Of a stretch of 64,000 nt of DNA, positions 41,690 through 51,198 are shown piece after piece. Numbering within the stretch: the stretch's first letter is position 1; the number at the start of each line of letters is the position of its first letter. The stretch is taken from assembly GCA_963845065.1 (NCBI GenBank), contig CAWJQQ010000002.1, forward strand, positions 405,597 to 469,596, given 5' to 3'. A program made the translations under genes and the position numbers. The notes beneath the pieces are model-generated. The model worked only from the letters and a program-made list of their open reading frames with translations. It had not been told where the DNA came from and made no database searches. The DNA is from Nitrospirota bacterium (GTDB lineage Bacteria > Nitrospirota > UBA9217).

Positions 41690-42028
41690 TTAACGTCTTC
41701 TTTTGGTTGCCTTCTTTTTCGCTTTTTTCTTTGTGGCCTTTTTCTTCGATGCTTTCTTCTTTGTCGCTTTCTTCTTCACTGCTTTTTTCTTTGACGTTTT
41801 TTTCTGGGCTACTTTCTTCGCAGCCTTCTTCTTCGCTTTCTTTTTTGCCAGCTTTGGCTTTGTTACAGCTGCCGCAGCCAGTGCCGGAGGGGTTATCGGA
41901 ATGTTGCATTCCGTAGCCTCCAGGCCGCAGCAGTACACCGGCTCCTCGTAAACATCACCGGTCCTTGTAACATCAATCTTTCTGCCGCACACCCTGCACT
42001 CATACTGCATATTTTTTTCCATAGCCAT
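41690..42028 (-). CDS. Small protein with a desulforedoxin-like CxxC..CC domain and a Lys/Ala-rich histone H1-like tail
   Basis: YECRVCG..VYCCG then about 50 aa of KKKA(T/S/V) repeats. AGGAGG upstream and a terminator downstream. Confidence 0.8.
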   Translation of the reverse strand: MAMEKNMQYECRVCGRKIDVTRTGDVYEEPVYCCGLEATECNIPITPPALAAAAVTKPKLAKKKAKKKAAKKVAQKKTSKKKAVKKKATKKKASKKKATKKKAKKKATKRRR

Positions 42029-42239
42029 ACGCGTTGCCCTCCTTAGTAAGCTGATAACCCGCTTGAACGCGGGCGGTATAACGCTCTGACACTTTTACAT
42101 CATACTAGGAAAGACATTGAAGTCCTGGACAGAAAACGCCGCATGTAGCGCTAACACTACTCTTATTTGTTAACTGATACTGTAGAATCATCTTCATTAA
42201 ATGTCAAGCTTTTTCGTGAAAACTATCATGAAATCGAGC

Positions 42240-42431
42240 CTAACACCACACGCGGGACTGCTTCTTATTCGCGTTGATCATCGCCGTTTTTCTTTTGCCA
42301 GCTTTCGTTAGCTCCCAGATTTTTTCCATGCCTTCGAGTGCCGATAATAACGCCTCATCAGTCTTTTTCCCTTCCCATTCTTTGGTTTCGACGAGCCGAT
42401 AAAGCTCCATGATAACTTCCTCAAGAGTCAT
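42240..42431 (-). CDS. Small hypothetical protein
   Basis: MTLEEVIMELYRL.. looks helical and has AAGGGGG upstream. No recognised motif. Confidence 0.45.
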   Translation of the reverse strand: MTLEEVIMELYRLVETKEWEGKKTDEALLSALEGMEKIWELTKAGKRKTAMINANKKQSRVWC

Positions 42432-42503
42432 GCACAATCCCCCTTAAAAAAATTGTATTATCTTAAATTTTTTGTGCAGCTATTATCAACTATTTCTCTG
42501 CTT

Positions 42504-42530
42504 AAAAAACCGGGAGAAAAACTTCCCGGT
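42504..42530 (-). terminator. Putative terminator downstream of nrdJ
   Basis: Minus strand ACCGGGAAG..CTCCCGG stem followed by a T6 run. Confidence 0.6.
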
Positions 42531-42629
42531 AATAATGGTCATTTCATAATTTCTTCTTGCCCTGCTGCAATCAAGACAACTGGTTTATTCACATGACCTC
42601 CATGCTCTGATCTCCGAGCTCTTTGACGA

Positions 42630-44996
42630 TTAGCCGCATTTCGAAAATCCGCAACCGCGACAGAAAGCGCAACCTTCGCCGAACTCCAGTAGACCGCCGC
42701 AGTCCGGACATTCAGGGCAAAGGCCAAGGTGGTTCGTGTTGCTGCCCTTTGCATTATCGGACGGAGTATAACCTATAGTCTGCTGGACTGATGCGGTCTT
42801 GGGTTTATTATGGTTATGCTGGCGATGGCTCACATGCTCTTTTGTATAGCGTTCAAGCGCCCTGCCGATAGCATCGGGGCAGGACAGGATGGATCCGCCT
42901 TCGCCCCAGGCTGGAGACGGACAACGAATTCCCTTCACCTGCTTGATAATGGAATCGATGGACACTCCCGAGCGAAGCGCCAGCGAGACCATGCGGGAAA
43001 CGGCCTCCGACTGGCTTGCGGCGCACCCGCCGGACTTTCCCATGGTGGAGAAAACCTCGCAGATGCCTTCTTCGTCTTCATTAATTGTGATGTAGAGGTT
43101 GCCGCACCCCGTGGGAAGCTTCTGGGTTACACCTTGGGTAAGCGCCGGTCGACTCCTCGGCTTCTTCTCCTCGGCCAGTTCAGGCGAGGCTGAAGCGACT
43201 GTAATGAGATGGTTTGCTACCGCAGCTTTGCGCGCCTTTTCCGTAGCCCCTGTGGACAGCACCTGATCGTCGCGGGAGCCGTCTCGGTAGATGGTCACGC
43301 CCTTGCAGCCGGTCTTGTACGCAAGCAGATAGACTTTTTCTACATCCTTCTGCACGGCGCTGTGCGGAAAGTTCACGGTCTTGGACACGGCATTATCGGT
43401 GTATTTCTGGAACGCCGCCTGCATGCGGATGTGCCACTCCGGGGTTATGTCGTGGGCCGTGACGAAGATTTTCTGAACGTCCTCCGGAACGGTCTTGATG
43501 CCAGTGCAACCGCCGTGCTCTGCTATCTCTTTCATCAATGATTCGGATGAGAAGCTGCGAGCTTTCACGACCCGCTCAAACACGGGGTTCACTTCGATCA
43601 TTTCAGTACCGTCGAGCACCTTGCGCACAAAGGATAGCCCAAAGAGCGGCTCGATGCCGCTGGAACAGCCGGCAATGATGGACAAGGTGCCGGTGGGCGC
43701 GATGGTCGTAACAGTCGCGTTCCGGAGAGGCGCCATTCCCGGTTTATCGTAGATACTGCCTCTGAAGTTCGGGAAAGCACCGCGATCCCTAGCAAGTTCC
43801 TGACTAGTCTTCCGGCCCTCATCGGTGATGAACTTCATTACAGTCTCACCGACCCGCACCGCTTCGTCGGAGTTGTAGGGAATGCTCATCTCGAGTAGCA
43901 TGTCGGCAAAACCCATAACGCCCAAACCGATCTTGCGGTTAGAGCGGGTCATCTCGCTAATTTTGTCGAGGGGGTAGCGGTTTACATCGATTACGTTGTC
44001 CAGGAAATGGCACGCCTGCTGCACCGTGTACCGAAGCTTGTCGAAATCGATCGCCCTGCCATGCTGCGACAGCATCTTTGCCAGATTGATTGATCCCAGG
44101 TTGCAAGACTCGTATGGGAGCAGCGGCTGTTCGCCGCAGGGGTTGGTTGACTCCACCATGCCTACATGCGGTGTCGGGTTGTACTGGTTGATCCTGTCAA
44201 GGAATATGATGCCTGGGTCTCCGTTCTTCCAGGCCATATTCACGATCGTGTCGAAGACCCTGCGGGCCTGGAGCCGTTTAACCACTCTTTTACCGCGCGG
44301 GGAGACCAGTTCGTACTCGCCATCTTTATCCACAGCGTCCATAAAGGTGTCGGTCATGGCAACGGAAATGTTGAAATTATTAAGCCGGTCATTCTGCTGT
44401 TTGCAGGTGATAAAATCGAGTATGTCCGGATGGTCGACCGACAGAATGCCCATATTGGCTCCCCGGCGAGTGCCGCCCTGCTTTACCGTCTCAGTCGCAG
44501 CATCGAACACGGTCATGAACGAGATAGGGCCCGAGGACACACCTTTCGTGGACTTGACCACATCATTCTTCGGACGAATGCGGGAAAAGGAGAAACCTGT
44601 GCCGCCGCCAGACTTATGGATAAGCGCGGCGTTCTTCACGGACTCGAAGATATCGTCCATGGAGTCGCCCACGGGAAGAACGAAACAAGCCGACAACTGG
44701 CCCAGTTCACGTCCCGCGTTCATGAGTGTGGGGCTGTTCGGTAGGAACTCAAGGGACGTCATGAGGCGGTAAAACTCAGTCGTAGTCCGCTCCACTTCTG
44801 CGTCTGACTTGCCATAGGCGCGGTCGGCCTCGGCAATGGTCCGCGCCACGCGCGTGAACATGTCAACAGCTGTTTCAATAACAGTCCCGTCCTCATTCCG
44901 CTTAAGATAGCGTTTTTCGAGAACTTTGAGGCAGTTCTCAGAAAGATTGAGGCCTTTACCGGAAGCTGATGTTGAAACAGAAGTTGCGCTCTTCAT
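42630..44996 (-). CDS. nrdJ: Class II (adenosylcobalamin-dependent) ribonucleotide reductase with fused TSCPD/Zn-ribbon domain
   Basis: PNSPTLMNAG, SACF, TNPCGEQ, CNLGSINL, IAPTGT, LSCPD and terminal CRGCGFSKC. Confidence 0.93.
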   Translation of the reverse strand: MKSATSVSTSASGKGLNLSENCLKVLEKRYLKRNEDGTVIETAVDMFTRVARTIAEADRAYGKSDAEVERTTTEFYRLMTSLEFLPNSPTLMNAGRELGQLSACFVLPVGDSMDDIFESVKNAALIHKSGGGTGFSFSRIRPKNDVVKSTKGVSSGPISFMTVFDAATETVKQGGTRRGANMGILSVDHPDILDFITCKQQNDRLNNFNISVAMTDTFMDAVDKDGEYELVSPRGKRVVKRLQARRVFDTIVNMAWKNGDPGIIFLDRINQYNPTPHVGMVESTNPCGEQPLLPYESCNLGSINLAKMLSQHGRAIDFDKLRYTVQQACHFLDNVIDVNRYPLDKISEMTRSNRKIGLGVMGFADMLLEMSIPYNSDEAVRVGETVMKFITDEGRKTSQELARDRGAFPNFRGSIYDKPGMAPLRNATVTTIAPTGTLSIIAGCSSGIEPLFGLSFVRKVLDGTEMIEVNPVFERVVKARSFSSESLMKEIAEHGGCTGIKTVPEDVQKIFVTAHDITPEWHIRMQAAFQKYTDNAVSKTVNFPHSAVQKDVEKVYLLAYKTGCKGVTIYRDGSRDDQVLSTGATEKARKAAVANHLITVASASPELAEEKKPRSRPALTQGVTQKLPTGCGNLYITINEDEEGICEVFSTMGKSGGCAASQSEAVSRMVSLALRSGVSIDSIIKQVKGIRCPSPAWGEGGSILSCPDAIGRALERYTKEHVSHRQHNHNKPKTASVQQTIGYTPSDNAKGSNTNHLGLCPECPDCGGLLEFGEGCAFCRGCGFSKCG

Positions 44997-45111
44997 AAAT
45001 CTCCCTCCCCAAAATAGGATACATATACAAACGTAAACTCAGAAAGAGCACCCCAAAGGCTGCTCTAAAATGTTAATTGATGTTTGAAGGATTATTAGGT
45101 AAAACAGGATG

Positions 45112-45159
45112 CTACTTCATTTTGTGGACCGAGGTAATTATAACCACAAGATATTGTGT
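45112..45159. promoter_or_regulatory. Tandem NrdR boxes upstream of nrdJ
   Basis: CCACAAGATATTGTGT (45144-45159) and a weaker CTACTTCATTTTGTGG (45112-45127), 32 bp apart, which is typical NrdR spacing. Confidence 0.75.
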
Positions 45160-45638
45160 TGTCAAACAATTTATAAAAAAAACTTATCCGAGTGAAACAT
45201 CCGCATTCGACGCGTTTAATGCGGTTTTTTGGGCGCCTTTCTTACTACACAAGCGCCAGGCATGGCTAAAATAAGCCCTTATGCTAAAAATGCAAGCCTG
45301 TAGCCTCTATCCTCTTCGTGTTTATTTATCGAACGGTGTTTTCGAGGAGTAGTTTTATCTGGTTTATTGAAAAATGTGATGTCTTTTTTCGGTTGTGGTT
45401 CTCTTAGGGCGCCCGGTAAACCGGTAACAATGAAGAATATATCACACTGTTCTTTTAGGTGCCCCGCGCGAGAAACCCCACATGCTTTAACGGTGGGATA
45501 AGTCCTAAGGGCGAGGTGGTTCACAGAACTAAACGTATTGTTTCCCTGTCGTGAGGCATAGGTACTATGTAGCCGTGGGAGTACGTCAATATTATGAGGA
45601 CACTTGCGCACTCAGCATCTCAGTGCATAGCTCTCATA

Positions 45639-46217
45639 TCATTCCCCTTTTGATAGGATCACTGCTCGACTGAACCGAATCAGCGGAGCATCGATGATTT
45701 GAAATCCTGCATGCCGAGCGTATCCGAGGATCTTCTGAAACCTCCGATTCGGAACGTGCATTTTGGGTTCCGCATAAAGGAATTTACCTCCCTTTTTCAG
45801 GGCAGAATGAATCTGCTCAAAGAAAAACGGGATATTCTTTACCTCGTGAACCATCCAGAAGGCCAGCGCAAAATCAATCGGCTCACGAAGCATAAGGTCG
45901 TCCTCTTTCGCGCAAATCAATCGGATGCGGTCCGTTATGTTCGCTTTCCTGGCCCGTCTCTTCAGAAACTCAAGCATCTTCTCCTGAAGGTCCACAGCAA
46001 TGACCGAGCCATTCTCACCAACCATCTTCGCCATAGCGATTGAGAAATACCCCATACCACACCCGATGTCCGCAACAAGCATTCCTTCCCGGACATGGGG
46101 GCCGATAATCGTTTCGGGGTTTTGGAGAAACCTCCGGAGGGGGTTGTCGAAGGTCCAGATCATCCACCATGGACAAATGCGGTTTCTTCTAAAGAAAGAG
46201 AATCCTTGATCATTCAT
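45639..46217 (-). CDS. Class I SAM-dependent methyltransferase
   Basis: VADIGCGMG, AVDLQ and HSALKKGG. Confidence 0.9.
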   Translation of the reverse strand: MNDQGFSFFRRNRICPWWMIWTFDNPLRRFLQNPETIIGPHVREGMLVADIGCGMGYFSIAMAKMVGENGSVIAVDLQEKMLEFLKRRARKANITDRIRLICAKEDDLMLREPIDFALAFWMVHEVKNIPFFFEQIHSALKKGGKFLYAEPKMHVPNRRFQKILGYARHAGFQIIDAPLIRFSRAVILSKGE

Positions 46218-46290
46218 ATTTTGGATTCCCCCGTGGGAAAGTGGTTGAGTTTACAATGGATTATCACGCGTTGCTTTCATCCACTCGTTT

Positions 46291-46757
46291 TCAAAAAAGA
46301 GCGGACATAGACGACGAAAACTTCTTCAGCCGCGGGAAAAGGATATACCCCTCCAATTTGTGTTTTAGATACATGCCGAGGGCCCGGTCCGAGTACTTGA
46401 TATGATTGATCAGCCAGTCCGTGCACAATTGTTTCGTGTCCTCGGCAACCTGCGGGTTAATCCCTACCATAAGCATCCTCTCCTTCATTTCTCGAAGGTC
46501 TTAACGAACTGCTCATGCTGCGCCCTGTGGGCCGAGGTGCTGGAGTAGGAGTATTTCTCCATATATTTCTCTTCATTCCCAAAATGGAATACAACATAAT
46601 TACTCAAGTATTGGGTGACCTTGCTCATCTCAGAACGGTTTGCTGAGTTTTGATCAAAGGCGTTGATCAAGCTGTCGCTCCGTTTGAACAACTCTTTGTG
46701 CTGAGTATCGATATCTGATGAACCTGATGCAAGTCTGTCGTCCCATTGCAAAGACAT
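46291..46757 (-). pseudogene. Bacteriohemerythrin split by a 1-nt deletion near 46486
   Basis: IDTQHKELF, HFGNEE and HRAQH lie in one frame; WLINHIKYSD lies in the next. Confidence 0.85.
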
Positions 46758-46866
46758 AACATATATTCAGAGCTCCTTTCAAATACCGTGTCAAGGAACT
46801 CGGTTTCTTCTTCAATTAATATTTCTAAATTTAACATATTTTAATGGATATTGAGAATGAATTTCA

Positions 46867-47343
46867 TCATTCCACCACCCACACCGCACAGCCCTTCGCT
46901 TCATGGACAAGCTTGCTTGATATACTGCCAAAAAGGAACTCCTCGGCCTTCGTCTTATGATGACGGCCGACGACCACGGTGCAGCAAGTCATATCGCACC
47001 GGGTCTCGAGAATGGCGTCGGCCAAAGACATTGTTTCCCCGACGCAGGACATGATTCTAACCTTGTCCTCTGGAAACCCTGACTGCATGAGGATCTGTTT
47101 GTAGTTTTCGAGCATGTCGTTCGCCTTATCGAGTTTGCGCTTAACCCAAGCGTTCAGCTCTGCTTCTGAGTCATAAAAATCCTCCTCAGGATCGGGAATA
47201 ATGGAGATGAGTCTGACTGCGAATCCTGGAAACCCGCCAACTAAGTCGGCCACGTACATCACGGCGCGGCGGGAGCTTTCCGATTCGTCAACTGCGATAA
47301 GGAGCTGTTTGTCTTTGGTCTGAACTTTATTTTCGGATATCAT
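46867..47343 (-). CDS. Universal stress protein
   Basis: LIAVDES..S and VVVGRH..FLFGSISSKLVH. Confidence 0.88.
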   Translation of the reverse strand: MISENKVQTKDKQLLIAVDESESSRRAVMYVADLVGGFPGFAVRLISIIPDPEEDFYDSEAELNAWVKRKLDKANDMLENYKQILMQSGFPEDKVRIMSCVGETMSLADAILETRCDMTCCTVVVGRHHKTKAEEFLFGSISSKLVHEAKGCAVWVVE

Positions 47344-47479
47344 GACTGGACTCCTTAAAAAAAATTATAAAGCATTTGCGTGGAGTACGTTGAAACCGCA
47401 AAGAATTGATGTCTGATCTTGGGTTAAGAGATCGGATTGACGTAATTCTTTACGCCCTCATTAGCCACGGCAGTAATAA

Positions 47480-48466
47480 TCATTTTGGCCCCAATTCCTC
47501 CCTTACCTCTCCCAGGTCTTCAAGCAATTCCTTTGTCTCCTCATAATAAAGCGGCGCGCTTATCGAAAAATGCATTAGCACCCGGTTCAGCTTTTCCGAC
47601 ACATATGGATATATCTTTTTGAGGTTGCTCACGCGGTTTTGGAACACGATATTCACATCGTCTTCGGTGATACGGTCTAGAAGGTGCGGGGCATCACGTC
47701 GAAGTTGATAGGTCGTGATATCCCCGCGGCCCGTAATGAAAAGCAAGACGTTCCCGAGTCCGAAGAGGTCGTAGCCGAAGCGGCTCTCGCCGTGCTGATA
47801 GTTAAAATCGAAGTCGATCCATCGGTATCTGCCGGTCGAGAGATCTTTGATGATGTGGTCGCGCCGGATATCGCCATGTTTTTCGTTATTCTCATGCAGA
47901 AAGCGGATCGCCTCGACAATCTTGATGTATTCGTCGAGGAGGGCAGGATAATAATTATAGAAAAAATCCTCGTGGTCCCTACCCAATTCGAGGGTGAGCT
48001 GGGCGAGCGTCTTCCCTTTGATGTAATCCAGGACGTGAAGTTGATTCCCGGAGGAGTCGAGGACCGTCCTGCCCTGCATGAATTCCGGTCTGCCGTGCAC
48101 CAATTCAAGGATCCGTGCTTCCTTCTGTGGACTGCGCACGCACTCGAATATGAGATTCCCGATCTTTGCCTGGAACCGCTCCTTGAAGAGCCACTTCAGT
48201 ATCTTGACCTCACCATTCAAGAGGTTCAGGGCACGCTTGACCCAGAACTTCTGCTCATCATCGATACCAAACCTGCCCTCGCGCTCATTATTCCTGACAA
48301 GATAGGGTTCCCCATCAAGGATGACGACATCGTCGTAGTCCACACGAAAGAAGTCCGCTGTGTCCTTAACTTGCACGCGTTTGGGCACACGCTCGTTCGA
48401 GACCCACTTTCGAATCATGTTCGAGAGCTCTTTTTCTGAATAACCGCCCGCTGCAGTCGGCATCAT
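47480..48466 (-). CDS. Protein-kinase-like fold protein (atypical Ser/Thr kinase)
   Basis: KILK, EARIL, LDYIKG, HGDIRRDH, IDFD and DLFGLG follow kinase subdomain order. Confidence 0.75.
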   Translation of the reverse strand: MMPTAAGGYSEKELSNMIRKWVSNERVPKRVQVKDTADFFRVDYDDVVILDGEPYLVRNNEREGRFGIDDEQKFWVKRALNLLNGEVKILKWLFKERFQAKIGNLIFECVRSPQKEARILELVHGRPEFMQGRTVLDSSGNQLHVLDYIKGKTLAQLTLELGRDHEDFFYNYYPALLDEYIKIVEAIRFLHENNEKHGDIRRDHIIKDLSTGRYRWIDFDFNYQHGESRFGYDLFGLGNVLLFITGRGDITTYQLRRDAPHLLDRITEDDVNIVFQNRVSNLKKIYPYVSEKLNRVLMHFSISAPLYYEETKELLEDLGEVREELGPK

Positions 48467-48689
48467 AATCCTCGATCCTTATTACATTATATATCAACCC
48501 ACTTCAGTTTAAGGGTATGAACAGTAAAAACTGAACAATATGTGACTTTGATAAGCCGAAATTCACAATCCGGGGTCTGCAATCACAACCTTTTCTCTTG
48601 ACTTTTCGGGCAAATAACGCTAATTTCCCTATAATAATTATTCATGGCATGGACCGAAATGGCCCATGCACGGAGGGGCTTAACCACCC

Positions 48690-49448
48690 ATGTCGTATCA
48701 GATTAAACTCGAGATTTTTGAAGGCCCCATGGATCTTCTCCTTCATCTCATCAAAAAACACGAACTCGACATCTACTCCATTCCTATCGCACTCATTACC
48801 CAGCAGTACCTCGAATATATTAACCTCATGAAGAGCCTCGACATGGAAATTGCTGGTGATTTCCTGGTCATGGCGTCGACGCTCACTCACATCAAGTCCA
48901 AAATGCTGCTGCCTCCGCCGGAAAACCCGGAAAACGATGAGGATGGCATCGACCCACGAGCTGAACTCATCCGTCGCCTGCTTGAGTACAAAAGCTTCAA
49001 GGATGCAGCTGGTTCCCTCGAGAGTAAGGAAGAACTCTGGTCGCAGATGTACACGAGACCGGCAGAGACTACACCCGATATGCCTGCGGACGATGAACCG
49101 CTGCTTTTTGATTTTCATCTCTTCGACCTGCTCACGGCGCTCAAGGACGTAATGGCCCGCGTACCCGATGCCAAGTTTGAGATCACGGCCGATGCAGTCT
49201 CGATCACGGAAAAAATTTCCCAGATCCTCTCACGCCTCGAGATCATAGACAGCCTCCTCTTCTCCGATCTCTTCGAAGGGAGCACGTCCAAAGCCCAGGT
49301 CATTGCCACATTTCTCGCTCTCCTAGAGCTAATCAAAACAAGGGTCGTGAAAGTCTTCCAGATCGAGGAGTTCGGCGCTATCAGGATTATGAAGTCCGTA
49401 ACAGACACACAGGATAAAGACACGGCCACGGGGAGCCTGTTCGGATAA
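48690..49448 (+). CDS. scpA: Segregation and condensation protein A (kleisin)
   Basis: FEGPMDLLLHLI, FLVMASTL..IKSKMLLP and TFLALLEL. Confidence 0.96.
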   Translation: MSYQIKLEIFEGPMDLLLHLIKKHELDIYSIPIALITQQYLEYINLMKSLDMEIAGDFLVMASTLTHIKSKMLLPPPENPENDEDGIDPRAELIRRLLEYKSFKDAAGSLESKEELWSQMYTRPAETTPDMPADDEPLLFDFHLFDLLTALKDVMARVPDAKFEITADAVSITEKISQILSRLEIIDSLLFSDLFEGSTSKAQVIATFLALLELIKTRVVKVFQIEEFGAIRIMKSVTDTQDKDTATGSLFG

Positions 49449-49533
49449 GACTGAAGGCCTTTTTCGCCACAGAGGACAACAACGTCTCCATATCGTATTT
49501 TGTCTAAGTTCATCTGTGGTTACAATTAATTTT

Positions 49534-50382
49534 ATGAAACCCGACTTCAAAACTCTCGCATTGGAGAAAAAATTCGGCGCTATAGAAACCGCCGTGTATG
49601 AAGACAGGTCGCTCATCGGCAACCTCGTGGCTCTGCTTGCGGAAAAAAACGGAGACGTCCGCTCAGGCGTTCTGAACCTGCTCTCCCGGATCGGCTTTGA
49701 CTATCCGAACGAAACTAGACCCCATCTGCCGACCCTGATCGCGCTCATGGACGATCCGGATATGTTCATCAAAATTGACGCGGCGAATGCCGTGGGTAAC
49801 TTAGGCTTCAGCTTCAGGGAATCGGCGGCGCAAGCCACACCAAAATTAAAGGCTCTCCTGGACCATGAGCAGAGCCTGGTCCGTCAGGAGGCCGCCTATG
49901 CTTTGGGTAATATCGGTTTCGCCCACACGGACCTAGTCAAGGACGCGGTTCCGCGTCTGATTCAGATGCTCGAAAAAGGGGACGATGATGAGCGCGAGGC
50001 AGCCGCCCATGCCTTGGGCAAAGTCGGTATCAATGCACCGGAACTGATCCGTGGGATTCTGCCTAAACTCGTCGAAGTACTCGAATTTTCTAAGGAAGCC
50101 ACCTGCGGCGGTGTGCTCTTCGCCTTGGGCGCTATCGGCCTGCATTATCCCAGGGAAGTGGCGAGCCTTGTGCCTCGGTTAATGAAGTACCTGGATAGCG
50201 GCCACCCGAACGCAGTCAAAAACGCCGTAGCTGCCCTCGGCAACATCGGCAGCTCGAACCCCGACATTGTAAAAGATGCGATTCCCAAGATCCGGCAGAT
50301 CATGGATTCGACAAACGATATCGACATCAAGATGAACGCCAAAGTTGCCCTTGGAAGGCTTGGCGATCCGTCGGCGATATAG
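49534..50382 (+). CDS. HEAT-repeat protein (about 7 repeats of about 38 aa)
   Basis: Repeated P.L..LL....VR..AA.ALG.IG pattern. Start placed at ATG 49534 (the ORF track starts at 49516). Confidence 0.85.
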   Translation: MKPDFKTLALEKKFGAIETAVYEDRSLIGNLVALLAEKNGDVRSGVLNLLSRIGFDYPNETRPHLPTLIALMDDPDMFIKIDAANAVGNLGFSFRESAAQATPKLKALLDHEQSLVRQEAAYALGNIGFAHTDLVKDAVPRLIQMLEKGDDDEREAAAHALGKVGINAPELIRGILPKLVEVLEFSKEATCGGVLFALGAIGLHYPREVASLVPRLMKYLDSGHPNAVKNAVAALGNIGSSNPDIVKDAIPKIRQIMDSTNDIDIKMNAKVALGRLGDPSAI

Positions 50383-50490
50383 GAAACGACATCTTCATTG
50401 AGGAATGGAGAAAAAGATGTATGGATTAGGGTTTTTCTCCGTGATCTCCATGCTTGGTGGTAAAATCTGATTTGGTTTAAGGGGCTTATA

Positions 50491-51198
50491 TTGGAAGATA
50501 AGCAATTGAAATCTGCTATTGAAGCACTCCTTTTCATCTCGGGCAATCCCCTGTCCGTAGACAGACTCAAAGGCATCTTTGAAGACGCGACTATAGAACA
50601 GATCGAAGCACAGTTCCAAGCGATCAAACAGGAGAGCGACGACCGGAATGCGGGGATTACGCTGACAGAAGTAGCGGGCGGGTATCAATTTGCAACGAGA
50701 CCGGAGAACGTTGCCTGGGTCCGGAAGTTCAAGGCTGTAAAAGTCTCAGCTAAATTATCGAGGCCGGCCCTCGAAACGCTGGCCATAGTGGCATATAAGC
50801 AGCCAATCACTCGAATGGAGGTGGAAGCGGTGCGCGGTGTAAACATCGGTGGCATCATTCGAAACCTCATGGAACGCCGTCTCGTAAAAATCGTTGGCAA
50901 AAAGGATGTTCCGGGCAAACCTCTACTGTACGGAACCAGCTCGGAGTTTCTCCAGTATTTCGGATTGAAGGACCTCTCGTCCTTGCCGACGCTTAAGGAG
51001 TTTCAGGAGCTTGAAGCAGGGGAAGAGGTCATGGAAGAAGTCCCGCTTAAGGGAACGGACGGGCCATCGGACGGGGAGACGGCCGCGGAGGAATCTACGT
51101 CCGGAGAATCCGTTGAACTGGAAGATACAGAAAAAAGCACGGCATCTGGAACGGAACCGGTTACGGTGGATGCGACCGAGGAGAACGTGACAGGATGA
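50491..51198 (+). CDS. scpB: Segregation and condensation protein B (Kite)
   Basis: IEALLF, VAGGYQ, LETLAIVAYKQPITR and FLQYFGL, plus an acidic tail. Confidence 0.96.
   Translation: MEDKQLKSAIEALLFISGNPLSVDRLKGIFEDATIEQIEAQFQAIKQESDDRNAGITLTEVAGGYQFATRPENVAWVRKFKAVKVSAKLSRPALETLAIVAYKQPITRMEVEAVRGVNIGGIIRNLMERRLVKIVGKKDVPGKPLLYGTSSEFLQYFGLKDLSSLPTLKEFQELEAGEEVMEEVPLKGTDGPSDGETAAEESTSGESVELEDTEKSTASGTEPVTVDATEENVTG

Noticed and set aside
41574-41909. Long N-terminal extension of TtcA in the ORF track
   Set aside because: It is an alternate-frame read of the Lys-rich gene and crosses that gene's terminator.
45280-45630. Cobalamin riboswitch upstream of nrdJ
   Set aside because: No B12-box or conserved core found on the minus strand; NrdR boxes already account for regulation.
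46485-46487. TGA in the hemerythrin as Sec readthrough
   Set aside because: The conserved C-terminal helix continues in a different frame, so this is a frameshift.
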